Source: Candidatus Latescibacterota bacterium
Lineage (GTDB): Bacteria; Latescibacterota; UBA2968; UBA8231
Reading direction: 5' to 3'
NCBI GenBank assembly: GCA_965208105.1
Contig: OZ242318.1
Coordinates: forward strand, 1,728,001-1,792,000
DNA: 64,000 nucleotides
The notes under the pieces were generated by a model. That model did not search any database, was not told the origin of the DNA, and saw nothing but the letters and a program-made list of their open reading frames with translations. This document shows positions 9,584 through 19,500 of this stretch, piece after piece. Each line of letters starts with the position of its first letter. Within the stretch, counting starts at the first letter, position 1. Both the position numbers and the translations under genes were made by a program.

Positions 9584-10387
9584 ATTCCTGCAAAAAACCG
9601 CTATGTAGCTATAGTCGAGGCGATTTTCCACGCCAAGTATGAGAGCGGACAAAGGGAGGTGAAATTCGAACGAGATGAGATCTCCGCGTTCGCTTCCAAG
9701 CTGAATATCTCCTTGCCCAAGAATCTGGGCGATCTGATTTACACCTTCCGGTACAGAACGGATCTCCCGGCAAGCATTCTGGAAAGAGCACCGGCCGGAG
9801 AAACCTGGATCATCCGCTCGGCGGGGAGGAGCAAATACTGCTTTGCACTGGTCAGCGACCAACCTCTTGCTCCCAACCCCAACCTCGCCTCTACCAAGAT
9901 ACCCGACTCGACTCCCGGAATAATCGCCAAGTACGCATTCAACGACGAACAGGCCGTGTTGGCCCGGGTTCGCTACAATCGGCTGATCGATATTTTTCTC
10001 GGAATCACCTGTTACTCACTCCAGAACCATTTGCGGACAACCGTCCGCGGTATGGGACAGGTAGAAACCGACGAGATCTACGTCGGGGTGGATAAAAGCG
10101 GATCTCACTATGTGGTGCCCGTTCAAGCCAAGGGTGGTAGCGATTTTCTCAACAGGGTACAAATCGAGCAAGACATCGCGCTTTGCGCCGATAAATTGCC
10201 TTCTCTGATCTGTCGGCCTGTCGGAACCCAATTCATGCAGGATGACGTGATCGCCCTCTTCGAGTTCGAGCAGGAAGGCGACGATATAAGAGTGGTATCT
10301 GAGAAGCACTACCAGTTAGTGCCGCCGGAGGCTGTGAGTCTTGAGGATTTGGCCAGATACAGACAGCGATTGTCCGATGGGACGTGA
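9584..10387 (+). CDS. Type II restriction endonuclease-like protein (PD-(D/E)XK fold, QxK variant)
   Basis: Directly follows the MTase; VETDEIYVG...VPVQAKGG catalytic-type motif. The frame extends upstream of the GTG at 9659 to ATT at 9584, behind an AGAGGGGG SD. Confidence 0.7.
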   Translation: MPAKNRYVAIVEAIFHAKYESGQREVKFERDEISAFASKLNISLPKNLGDLIYTFRYRTDLPASILERAPAGETWIIRSAGRSKYCFALVSDQPLAPNPNLASTKIPDSTPGIIAKYAFNDEQAVLARVRYNRLIDIFLGITCYSLQNHLRTTVRGMGQVETDEIYVGVDKSGSHYVVPVQAKGGSDFLNRVQIEQDIALCADKLPSLICRPVGTQFMQDDVIALFEFEQEGDDIRVVSEKHYQLVPPEAVSLEDLARYRQRLSDGT

Positions 10388-10607
10388 TCGAAGAGCCTAT
10401 AAGAGCATCCAACCAAGGCAACCTCTCAGTGCTTCCAACGTACGTCTTCGTACGTTCGCCCTTTGAGTTGCTTGAGAAATAGCCGCTCTCCACCCAGGCC
10501 TGGCCCATCTCATAAGCTACCAAGACATCCTAAACTCCAGAAACTTGTGTGATCGGATCTCCGCGGAACCAACATTAGCTTACGCGTTGGTTGGAAACCG
10601 AAATAGC

Positions 10608-10635
10608 TTGACATCTCTTCCCGCGGTGCTATATT
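10608..10635 (+). promoter_or_regulatory. sigma70-like promoter
   Basis: TTGACA-16 nt-TATATT upstream of the outer-membrane protein gene, followed by a leader hairpin at about 10637-10674. Confidence 0.55.
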
Positions 10636-10735
10636 GCGCCCAATCCGGTCAGGTGCGGCGACCTGATTGGGGCGGATTGTCCGGGATTTCACCTCGACAC
10701 GGTGAACTTTCTGGACAATTTTGAAGGAAGAATGG

Positions 10736-11506
10736 ATGGAGAATTCGAGAGTCAGCTATTCAACTGTTTTCCTTTCGATCTTTTGGTGCTGCATTCTTCC
10801 CTCCCTCCCCGTGCGGTCGCAGCCGTCCGAGGATGAAAGAGGGATATACATCGGCACCATGGTGGCTGTCCCTTTCGCCCAGCAGCTCTACCACCAGGCT
10901 TCATTTACCGTCGCCGATATTTCCATGACCGCAAACGGCGATCTCGCTCTGGGATACGGGATCGGCTTCGCCGCCGTCTCGGGGAAGGGGATCTCCGATC
11001 ACTTAGCCCTGGAACTCACCGGCGCCTGGGCGAGACAGCCCTCCGATCTCGCCGTCACCCTTCCCCGCCTTCTGATCCTGGGGCTCTCCAGAACCGGCCT
11101 CGAGCTTCCCTCTGGTTTCGACTACGGCGGGGAAGTAGAGGTGCTGCAGTCGAAGATCGATCTTCTGCTCTACCCGGTCAGGATGGCCTCGAGTCGCGAC
11201 GACGGGGCCAGACCATACCTCGGCGTGGGGATGGGCGTCGTGAGGTCGGACCTGAAAATGGATATGCAGGTGGACGATCCGACGCGGAATTTCATCTCGG
11301 CTCTTGGGGAGCTGGGTGCCGCTGATCTGGTCCCCATGAAGATTGACGAAATCGAAACGGACTACCAGTTGACCCTCCGCGCCGGCCTGAACTTTCCCAT
11401 CAGCAGCATGGACCTGGACCTGGGATGGCAGTTCTACAGAACCTACGTCAGGGGAAAAGACAACAACTCCCACGTTGCGGGAGGCATTCTGAAGTACGAT
11501 CTGTAG
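10736..11506 (+). CDS. Outer-membrane beta-barrel protein (OmpA/OmpW-like 8-stranded type)
   Basis: Signal-peptide-like N-terminus; alternating strands LALELTGAW, PYLGVGMGVV, LRAGLNF; terminal GILKYDL. Confidence 0.65.
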   Translation: MENSRVSYSTVFLSIFWCCILPSLPVRSQPSEDERGIYIGTMVAVPFAQQLYHQASFTVADISMTANGDLALGYGIGFAAVSGKGISDHLALELTGAWARQPSDLAVTLPRLLILGLSRTGLELPSGFDYGGEVEVLQSKIDLLLYPVRMASSRDDGARPYLGVGMGVVRSDLKMDMQVDDPTRNFISALGELGAADLVPMKIDEIETDYQLTLRAGLNFPISSMDLDLGWQFYRTYVRGKDNNSHVAGGILKYDL

Positions 11507-11667
11507 CCGACCGCGCCTTTCTCGGCCCTGGCTTCCCGGCCCCCCGACCCCGCTGCCGGCCACCTTTCACGCCAGGAAGGCAGGCTGGTGAGCCAAACGG
11601 TCCAGCCGGCTGATTCCCGATACACTTTCAGCTTCAGGAATAGCTCGCAGGGGAAAGGATACAGAAT

Positions 11668-12459
11668 ATGCAGGCTATCGATGTGCACGGACACTACGGC
11701 ATCCACAGCCCGGGTGGCAGAACCGGCCTGGAGACTGAAATGCGCAGTGCATCCATCGAGGAGGTCTGTCGTCGCGCCCGCGCGGTGGAAATCCGCCTGA
11801 CCGTCGTGTCGCCCCTGCAGTCCTTTCACCCCTACGGAGGCAAGGTGCTGGAGGCCAACGAAGACGCCCGCGAGAAGGCCGAGAGCTGGGACGAGGTTCG
11901 CTTCTGGGCGGTACTCGATCCGCGTTTGGAGCGCACTTACAAGCAGGTAGAGGAGTTGCTCGAGCACCCACGCTGCAAGGGAATCAAGATCCACCCGGTC
12001 AACCACAGGTACGAAATCCGCGACTACGGCGAGGCGATTTTCGCATTCGCCGCCGAGCACCGGACCGTGGTGCTGACCCACAGCGGCTGCCCGCTCAGCT
12101 TCCCCGAGGATTTCATTCCCTTTGCCGACAAGTACCGTCAGGCGGTGCTGATTCTCGCTCACCTCGGCAACAGCCCCGACGGCAATCTGGCGCGCCAGGT
12201 CCATGCGTTGCAGACAGCGGAGGGCGGCAATATCTACATCGATACTTCGTCGATAAAGTCGATGACGCCGCGGCTGGTGGAGTGGGCGGTGCAGGAAGTG
12301 GGAGCCGGGCGGCTTCTCTTCGGGACCGATACCCCGGTCTACTTTACCGCCTGCCAGAAGGCGCGCATCGAGTACGCCGAGATCGCGGAGGCGGAAAAGC
12401 GGGCCATCCTCTATGAAAACGCGGCGCGTTTGCTGGGCGAGGAGGAAGTCGCAGGATGA
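11668..12459 (+). CDS. Amidohydrolase_2 family metal-dependent hydrolase
   Basis: IDVHGH, GIKIHP, LTHSG, LAHLG, LLFGTDTP and ENAARLL motifs. Confidence 0.9.
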   Translation: MQAIDVHGHYGIHSPGGRTGLETEMRSASIEEVCRRARAVEIRLTVVSPLQSFHPYGGKVLEANEDAREKAESWDEVRFWAVLDPRLERTYKQVEELLEHPRCKGIKIHPVNHRYEIRDYGEAIFAFAAEHRTVVLTHSGCPLSFPEDFIPFADKYRQAVLILAHLGNSPDGNLARQVHALQTAEGGNIYIDTSSIKSMTPRLVEWAVQEVGAGRLLFGTDTPVYFTACQKARIEYAEIAEAEKRAILYENAARLLGEEEVAG

Positions 12460-13439
12460 CCATCGCCATGACCGGCCGGCAGCAGGATGAGCTCAATGGG
12501 AGGGGGTTCACTATCCTGGAGGGAATCCTCGATCCAGCCGAGGTAGGCCGGGTAGCGACGGCCATGGACGATGTGGCCGACCGGATCCGCAAAGGCCGCG
12601 GTCTGGCCCCGGACTCGAGCATCAGCCTGCGCAACGCGATTGCCCGGCACGAGGCTCTATTGGACCTGGTCGACCATCCCCGCATTCTGTCCTTGGTTGT
12701 CGACGCCATGGGCTGGAATATCCAGAACCGGGACAGCGTCCTCGACTACAAGGCACCCCTTCCCGGGGGGGCCGACCCCGAACGGCTGTCGCTGGGCTGG
12801 CACTTCGACTACGAGGAGGAGTTCGCCGGCACCACCCTCGACGGCATCATGCCGCTGCTGGACTTCAAGGTCGGCTGGTACATATCGGACCATTCCGAGC
12901 CCGGCCACAGCACCATACTGCTGGTCCCCGGCAGCTTCAGGTGGAACAGGGAGCAGCGGGCCACCTGGGAGTCCTGGATCGACCCGGCCGACATCTTCGA
13001 GCTCCGCGTAGCGGCCGGCAGCGCCCTGCTGTGGCGGCCCACCCTGCTGCACGGGGTGACCCCGAACCGGTCGAAGAGTTTTCGCAAGGCCCTCTACGTC
13101 AGCTACTGTCCCCGCTGGATGCGTCCCAGCGGCTACGTCGATCAGGACCCGGAGCTGATCGCGCGCAGCTCGCCCATCCGCCGCCAGCTTCTCGGGGCAA
13201 TGGGCGACGGCTCGCACCGTCTCGGCAAAGATCCCGCCGATAATCCCTCTTCCCAGTACTGGTTCAGCGACGGCTGGGATTCGGTCCCCCTGAAGGCGTG
13301 GGCGGAGGAGCGCGCCGGACCCGGACCCCACGACTGGGGCCTCGGCCACGGGGCTACCTTCACCAAGGGTCCCGGGTTCGAGTTCACCCAGACAACAGTG
13401 CCGGGAGATACCTCGTCCGACGGCGGGGAAGACAGGTGA
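12456..13439 (+). CDS. PhyH-family dioxygenase
   Basis: ATGA overlap with the upstream gene; WHFD...LVPGS...LLHG triad. Confidence 0.85.
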   Translation: MTIAMTGRQQDELNGRGFTILEGILDPAEVGRVATAMDDVADRIRKGRGLAPDSSISLRNAIARHEALLDLVDHPRILSLVVDAMGWNIQNRDSVLDYKAPLPGGADPERLSLGWHFDYEEEFAGTTLDGIMPLLDFKVGWYISDHSEPGHSTILLVPGSFRWNREQRATWESWIDPADIFELRVAAGSALLWRPTLLHGVTPNRSKSFRKALYVSYCPRWMRPSGYVDQDPELIARSSPIRRQLLGAMGDGSHRLGKDPADNPSSQYWFSDGWDSVPLKAWAEERAGPGPHDWGLGHGATFTKGPGFEFTQTTVPGDTSSDGGEDR

Positions 13440-13613
13440 GAGGCACCTGAATTATTAATGGCCCATGCGGGGTGGATAGGAGAGGTAGGGTTGCCGGTTT
13501 TTGTCACTTGCCACCAAGTCTGGCGCCGGGCGGACACTGGTTTCACGGCTGGATAGTTCAGGGCAGATGGAAAACTCCCGGTCCATTGCCGGGCACCCCA
13601 TCGAGAGGGTTCC

Positions 13614-14861
13614 ATGAGCGATTTCGACTGGATCATAAAGGGCGGCCGCCTCATCGATCCCGCCAACCAGGTCGACGACCATCTCGACCTGGGCATCTCG
13701 GACGGAAAGATCGCAGAGGTCGGCAGGGGACTCGATGCGGCCACCGCCGATCAGGTGCACGACGCCGGCGGCAGGCTGGTGGTGCCGGGGCTCGTGGACC
13801 TGCACGCCCACTGCTACCGGGGGAGGACCCCGGCTGGCGTTGACATCGACCACTATGGCCTGGGGCGCGGGGCGACCACATGCGTGGACGCCGGCAGCGC
13901 CGGCTGCGACACCTTGGACGACTTCCGCGCCCGTGCGGTGCAGCGCTTCAAGTCGCGCGTGCTCGCCTTCCTCAACATCTCGAGAGTGGGTCTGTCGGTC
14001 AGCTATGACGACGGCGGCCGCGAGCTCGAGCACCTCGACCGCGCCGAGTTAATCGATCATGCCGGCTGCGCCGCCTGCCTCGAGTCCAACCGCGACCTCC
14101 TGGTCGGGGTCAAGGTGCTGCTCTCCGCCTCACTGGCCGACAATGGCCGCAACGAGGCGAAGGCCTTCATCGAAGCCAGGAGGGCGGCGGCGGCAACCGC
14201 CACCCCGCTGATGACCCACCACAGCCTGTCCACCGTTTCCCTCGACGACTGCCCGGGAGCCTTGCGCGAGGGCGACATCTACACCCACTGCTACCACGGC
14301 TTCGCGAGCACCATCCTCGACCCGGAGAGCCGCCGGGTGCATCCGGCGGTGCAGATGGCGCGGGAGCGCGGTGTGCTCTTCGACATCGGCCACGGCATGG
14401 GGGCCTTCAACTGGACCGTAGGGGAGATCTGCGCCGAACAGGGGTTCTGGCCCGACACCATCAGCTCCGACCTGCACACCGGCTGCTTCGAGGGCCCTGC
14501 CTACGACATGCCCACCGTGATGACGAGGATGCTGCACCTGGGCATGCCGCTCGCCGAGGTCATCCGGCGCTCGACCATCGCCCCTGCCGCTGCCATCGGA
14601 TGGTCCGACCGCATCGGTACCCTGGGCGCCGGGCGCGAGGCCGACATAGCCGTACTGGCCCTCGAGGAGGCGGACATGGACCTCGAGGACTGCCAGGGGC
14701 AGATGCGCCGGGTCGGCCGGCGCCTGGTGGCCACAGCGGTGTGGCGCGCCGGGGTGGCGGCCAAGGTCACCGAACCGCGCAGCTTTCCCAACCGGCGCAG
14801 AATCGAGGAGTCCAGGGAGAACTGGCCCAAACTCGAGATCCGCGACCCATCCCTCGATTGA
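13614..14861 (+). CDS. Dihydroorotase-like amidohydrolase/deacetylase
   Basis: IIKGGRLIDP, PGLVDLHAH, VDAGSAG, GDIYTHCY, FDIGHG and ISSDLH motifs. Confidence 0.85.
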   Translation: MSDFDWIIKGGRLIDPANQVDDHLDLGISDGKIAEVGRGLDAATADQVHDAGGRLVVPGLVDLHAHCYRGRTPAGVDIDHYGLGRGATTCVDAGSAGCDTLDDFRARAVQRFKSRVLAFLNISRVGLSVSYDDGGRELEHLDRAELIDHAGCAACLESNRDLLVGVKVLLSASLADNGRNEAKAFIEARRAAAATATPLMTHHSLSTVSLDDCPGALREGDIYTHCYHGFASTILDPESRRVHPAVQMARERGVLFDIGHGMGAFNWTVGEICAEQGFWPDTISSDLHTGCFEGPAYDMPTVMTRMLHLGMPLAEVIRRSTIAPAAAIGWSDRIGTLGAGREADIAVLALEEADMDLEDCQGQMRRVGRRLVATAVWRAGVAAKVTEPRSFPNRRRIEESRENWPKLEIRDPSLD

Positions 14862-14919
14862 GCCCCGCCGATGACCGGGCCACCTCCCTTCCAACTTCCC
14901 CAATCCACGAGGAGGAGCC

Positions 14920-16416
14920 ATGAATCAAGGACCTGACTCCCGCCCACCCGACATCGTTCTCATCATGTCGGACCAGCACAACCGCTCTGTCATGGGATGC
15001 GCCGGACATCCGCTGGTGCGGACCCCGAACCTTGACGCTCTCGCCCGGCAGGGGACCCGCTTCACCAACGCTTACTGCCCCTTCCCCCTCTGCGGTCCTT
15101 CGCGGGCGGGCTTCATGACCGCCCGGTATCCCAGCACCATCGAGGTCTTCGACGGCGACGATTTCCCCTCTGCGGTGCCCACCTTCGCCCACGGCATGGG
15201 GGCCGCCGGCTACGAGGCGGTACTGTGCGGGCGCATGGGCTGGGCCGAGCTGGACCAGTTCCATGGCTTCGAAAGCCGCATCCACGGCGACGTCGTGACC
15301 TTCGACGCCATCCACGAGGAGATTATTGGCCGCGGGTTCAACAAGACAGGCGGGCAGACCCGCTACGCGGTAGAAGTCGCGGGCCATGGCCGCACCGGCT
15401 TCCAGCTATTCGACCAGAGCGTGGTCGACTCGGCCCGTTCGTTCATTTTCCGGCGCCGCACCGGCGACCGTCCCTATTGCCTGGTGGTTGGTCTGATGCT
15501 TCCCCACAATCCCCTGATCGGCCGGCGCGAGCTGTTCGAGTACTACCTGGAACGGATCCAGGCCCCGGAGCCGGTGTCGAAGGACTATCTCGACAGGCTC
15601 CATCCGGCGATCAGGAGATGGCGTGAGCGCCGGGAGGTGGACGATCTGACCCCTGAGCAGAATCGGCGCGGACTGGCCGCGTACTACGCCCTGGTAACGG
15701 AGCTGGACGGCAGCGTCGGGCGCATCGTCGACGCGGTGAAGGACTCGTCCGGGGGGGAGAACACCATCTTCATCTATTGCTCCGACCACGGCGACATGGC
15801 CTGCGAGCACGGCATGTGGTGGAAGAGCAATTTCTACGAGGGTTCAATCGGCGTTCCCCTCATCGTCTCCGGACCCGGGGTGGAAGCAGACCGGGTCAAT
15901 CATTCGGTGGTGAGCCTGGTGGACGTGGGACCGACCATGCTGGAGATCGCCGGCGCGGAACCGCTGCCCGACGTGGCCGGCCGCAGCTTTGCGGCGGGCC
16001 TGCGCGGCGACGGCTCCATACCGGGATGGCCCGACGAGGTGTTCGCCGAGTACTGCGGGTTCTGGGGCGACCAACCGGGCTACATGATAAGGTCCAAACA
16101 GTGGAAGATGAACTACTACCACGAGTTCAAATCGTGCCAGTTGTTCAACCTGGAAGAGGACCCGGGCGAGCTGCGGGACCGCGCCTACGACCCGGAATGC
16201 CGGGAGATCATGGAGGGACTGCTGCGCAAAGTCGGGCAGCGCTGGGACGGAGACAGCTACCAGGAGGCCCACCAGAGGCAACTGCGGGCCAGCGAGCTGA
16301 TCCGCCGCTGCGGCCACGGACTGTCGCCGCACGAGGTTGTCCATTTCTCGGGAATGCCCGAATACAGTCAGTTCGACTTCTCCCAGTTGCCGCAACCACC
16401 CAGGAAAAAAGTTTGA
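14920..16416 (+). CDS. Sulfatase (formylglycine-dependent, choline-sulfatase-like)
   Basis: IMSDQH, CGPSRAG (CxPxR), SDHGDM and LFNLEEDPGE motifs. Confidence 0.92.
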   Translation: MNQGPDSRPPDIVLIMSDQHNRSVMGCAGHPLVRTPNLDALARQGTRFTNAYCPFPLCGPSRAGFMTARYPSTIEVFDGDDFPSAVPTFAHGMGAAGYEAVLCGRMGWAELDQFHGFESRIHGDVVTFDAIHEEIIGRGFNKTGGQTRYAVEVAGHGRTGFQLFDQSVVDSARSFIFRRRTGDRPYCLVVGLMLPHNPLIGRRELFEYYLERIQAPEPVSKDYLDRLHPAIRRWRERREVDDLTPEQNRRGLAAYYALVTELDGSVGRIVDAVKDSSGGENTIFIYCSDHGDMACEHGMWWKSNFYEGSIGVPLIVSGPGVEADRVNHSVVSLVDVGPTMLEIAGAEPLPDVAGRSFAAGLRGDGSIPGWPDEVFAEYCGFWGDQPGYMIRSKQWKMNYYHEFKSCQLFNLEEDPGELRDRAYDPECREIMEGLLRKVGQRWDGDSYQEAHQRQLRASELIRRCGHGLSPHEVVHFSGMPEYSQFDFSQLPQPPRKKV

Positions 16417-16628
16417 GCGGGGTGAGGCGTGCCGGGATGGCAGAGCGTGGTCGGGATTTCCGGCCCAAGGGATAGGAGAAGAATGGTAAGGAGTCGGGGA
16501 GGGCGTCGAAAAAATCGACGAAGATCCGGTATTTTGAAATTTGTATGTCCGCCAATTTATGGCTTCATTTGTCGGTACATGTCATGCCATCAGTTCAGGA
16601 GGTTTTCGTGAAAAAGAGAGATTCAATC

Positions 16629-16829
16629 ATGCAAGCCGTGCAGGAACTTCAATCAGCCGTTTCCCGACTCTCGGCGCAAGAACTCGCCCGTTTCAGGGAA
16701 TGGTTCGATGAATTCGATTCCGAAGCTTGGGATCGACAATTTGAAAAAGATGTGAAATCAGGAAAGTTGGAGCGACATGCCGACCAGGCAATCGCAGATT
16801 TTCGGGCAGGGAAGTGCAAAGAATTGTGA
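16629..16829 (+). CDS. Small antitoxin-like protein
   Basis: 66 aa (MQAVQELQ...WDRQFEKDVKSGKL); GTGA overlap with a downstream RelE/ParE-like toxin. Confidence 0.65.
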   Translation: MQAVQELQSAVSRLSAQELARFREWFDEFDSEAWDRQFEKDVKSGKLERHADQAIADFRAGKCKEL

Positions 16830-17083
16830 ATCACTTCACAAGCCCTTCATTTTGGGAGTGCTATCGAAAACTCCCGCGAAATATTCAAAAACTGGCAGAT
16901 GAAAATTTCCAATTGCTGAAGAGAGATGCGCGACATCCATCCTTACATTTGAAGAAGGTCGAAAGATTTTGGTCCGCAAGGGTAGGAATAAAATACCGGA
17001 CTGTCGCCCTGGAAGTTGAAGAAGGCTTGGTTTGGTTCTGGATTGGAACACACGCTGATTACGACAAGCTGATTCACGAATGA
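16826..17083 (+). CDS. RelE/ParE-superfamily toxin
   Basis: FWECYRKLP..IQ..A...F.LL..D..HPSL.LKK..WSARVG..YR...WFWIGTH.DYD pattern; start at GTG 16826. Confidence 0.8.
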   Translation: MNHFTSPSFWECYRKLPRNIQKLADENFQLLKRDARHPSLHLKKVERFWSARVGIKYRTVALEVEEGLVWFWIGTHADYDKLIHE

Positions 17084-17347
17084 TCTATCGGTCCACGTCG
17101 CCACGGATGAGAGTTCATCCTTGGTTCAGTTGCCGTGTCTGATCGATACTCCTTTTAAAACTCCTTGGTCACCTACGCTTACCTCGTCCGCCATTCTTTG
17201 GCTCGGCGTTGGCCTTTTAAGATAATCAGATTTGTGGACATTGCTGGTCTAGCCATTACAACTATTTCATTACTGGGCAGCGATGCTGTATAGCCCACTC
17301 GGAGAGAGTTCCGTTGGCTTGCATTAGACTCACGTAGAACTGCGGAA

Positions 17348-19468
17348 TCAACGGTACAAAGGCTCCAATTCACGCTTAATTAATTCAATCTTGTCAGGAT
17401 ATTTTTCTTTCAATATTCGAATGATCCTCCCGTCCTCGACATGTTCTTGGAATTCTTTGGCACTAATCCCCAATCCTCTAGTCGTACGGTCGCGAACAGT
17501 ATTCTGGTTGACCGTAAGATCTCCAGCTACAAACCTGCAAGCCTCGGAGTAACGCACTCCATTTTTCATCTGCCGAATAACGGGTATCAAATAATCATTA
17601 ACACTCTCACGCCTTTTTTTATCTCTGTTATTTTCTGCGTTACCGTCTCCATTACCATTAATAAGATCCAGCTTCTGCGCTTCACGCCCCAACAGGTGCA
17701 ACACTTTGTTCCGTGCACTGTCAAGTATCGCCTTCCTGTCAATCGGCTGGGTTTCCAATTTTTCGAGCTCGTTTTTCCAGTCTGCCAGTTCCGATTTCAG
17801 GCCACCTTCCCATTCATTGAACATGCGGCGTTCCTGTACCCGGCTCCTTGGACGCTTCGTTTCCGGCAAGGCGGCGATATGTCTCTCGAACGATGCATCC
17901 AAAACCTCATCATCCTTCAATTCCCTTTCCCGCGCTTCAATCTTCTCAATTAGTTCGAGTTGACGGTTCTCGCTGGCCCCTGTAACACTCCGGCGCTCTT
18001 GCTCGAGCAGTTCTTTCAGCATGCCGGACAGACGTTCGGCCCATTCGTCGTTCAACTCGGGGAAATCCTTCATATCGTCCTCCGGGGGGTAGTCTTCGAT
18101 CAACCCATCCAGTGGTTCGGCAACGGGCAAATGTGCTTGTATATGAGCATCGATGTGGCAATGGTCGCACACCAGTTGATGTGCGTCGCCGCAGAAATCT
18201 TCAAATTCCCAGCGTTTCCAGGCCCGCCATTTGCCGCAACGTTCACAGTCTTTTCCGAAAGCATAGCCACAGTTCCGGCAATGATGACTGGCGGCATGAG
18301 ATACGGTTCCGCATTCCGGGCACCAGACAACCGGTGCATCGCCGGGGTCTTGCTCACCACGCGGTCTCAAAGACCATTGCCGCTCTTCCTCGGGTAATCC
18401 GTGAATCACAGAATTTGCGGCCAAATCGAGAATCACGCAGTTGCCTCCGTTCTCTTTTGGACGCAAACCGCGGCCAACCATCTGTAAGAAAAGGGCTAGG
18501 CTCAGCGTTGGCCGGGCAATTACGATGCAGGATGCATCAGGCAAATCAAACCCCTCGGTGGCCACGATCACATTGACCAGCACTTTGATGGTGCCTTCTT
18601 TGAAGCCCGAAATCGCTTTGTTGCGTTCTTCGCTGCCGGAATCACCGAGGATGACCGTCGCCGCTACTCCGGCTTTATTGAATACGTCCCTCAGGTTTTG
18701 GGCGTGTTCCACGGAAACGGCGTAGGTGATAGTTGGACGGTTACCGGCATGCTTTTGCCAGAACTCCAGAACCTCTGCCGTCATCACAAGCGGCCGGTTC
18801 TTATTGGCCAGTACAATTCCCGCTTCGGTGAATTCACCGGAAACACGGTCAACCTCGCCGCCAATTATGCGCTTTTCCGGAGGCGGCAACAGGGTCCGGG
18901 CATCGCACAGCCAATTATCGGATTGCAAATCAGCGACTTGGGGTCCACAGCGCAAAACTCCGAACAGATGGTCGAATCCCTCTTTCTTCGACGTCCGCCA
19001 GGGCGTGGCGGTCATGCCCAGGATGCGGCCGGGCCACTGCTGCATCGCCCGCTCCCAACCCGCGGCGGCAGCGTGGTGCGCTTCGTCGATCACCATCAGG
19101 TCATCGGCGTCATACCTGTTCCAAACCTCCCTTTTGGCGGTGCGCCGCCCCACGGTCTGCGCCATCAGGATGACCGCGCCCTGGCTCATTGCCGGCGCAT
19201 CGGTTCCCGGCGTCCACCTCACATCGGTCATCGCCGGAACGTGGGCATCCGTGAGCATCCTGCATGTCTGTTCCGCGAGTTCCTTGCGGTGGGTCAGCCA
19301 GACTGCCTTGCGCCCGCCCATGAGCCAAGAGGAAAGCAGCGCCCCGCCGATGATGGTTTTGCCGCCGCCGGTGGGAAGCTGCATCATTACCCGCGCATTG
19401 TCCTTGGCGCCTAAAGCGTTCTCAACCTGCTGCAGCAAATCTCGCTGGTAGGAACGGAGTTTCAGCAT
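17348..19468 (-). CDS. SF2 DEAD/DEAH-box helicase (ResIII/RadD-like) with zinc ribbons and C-terminal extension
   Basis: LRSYQ, PTGGGKT, DEAHH, TATP, TEGFD and QMVGRGLR motifs; CPEC/CRNC/CERC/CDHC Cys pairs. Confidence 0.9.
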   Translation of the reverse strand: MLKLRSYQRDLLQQVENALGAKDNARVMMQLPTGGGKTIIGGALLSSWLMGGRKAVWLTHRKELAEQTCRMLTDAHVPAMTDVRWTPGTDAPAMSQGAVILMAQTVGRRTAKREVWNRYDADDLMVIDEAHHAAAAGWERAMQQWPGRILGMTATPWRTSKKEGFDHLFGVLRCGPQVADLQSDNWLCDARTLLPPPEKRIIGGEVDRVSGEFTEAGIVLANKNRPLVMTAEVLEFWQKHAGNRPTITYAVSVEHAQNLRDVFNKAGVAATVILGDSGSEERNKAISGFKEGTIKVLVNVIVATEGFDLPDASCIVIARPTLSLALFLQMVGRGLRPKENGGNCVILDLAANSVIHGLPEEERQWSLRPRGEQDPGDAPVVWCPECGTVSHAASHHCRNCGYAFGKDCERCGKWRAWKRWEFEDFCGDAHQLVCDHCHIDAHIQAHLPVAEPLDGLIEDYPPEDDMKDFPELNDEWAERLSGMLKELLEQERRSVTGASENRQLELIEKIEARERELKDDEVLDASFERHIAALPETKRPRSRVQERRMFNEWEGGLKSELADWKNELEKLETQPIDRKAILDSARNKVLHLLGREAQKLDLINGNGDGNAENNRDKKRRESVNDYLIPVIRQMKNGVRYSEACRFVAGDLTVNQNTVRDRTTRGLGISAKEFQEHVEDGRIIRILKEKYPDKIELIKRELEPLYR

Positions 19469-19500
19469 AGGTAATATCCTTCACGGAAAAGAAGGTTGAT

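Noticed and set aside
10233-10523. Minus-strand 96-aa ORF after the endonuclease
   Set aside because: It overlaps the nuclease 3' end and has no recognisable motif; at most an unidentifiable remnant.
13614-14861. Calling this gene pyrC
   Set aside because: It belongs to the dihydroorotase-like deacetylase group and has no pyr operon context.
17179-17373. 64-aa ORF downstream of the helicase
   Set aside because: No SD or recognisable family; possible relic but unsupported.
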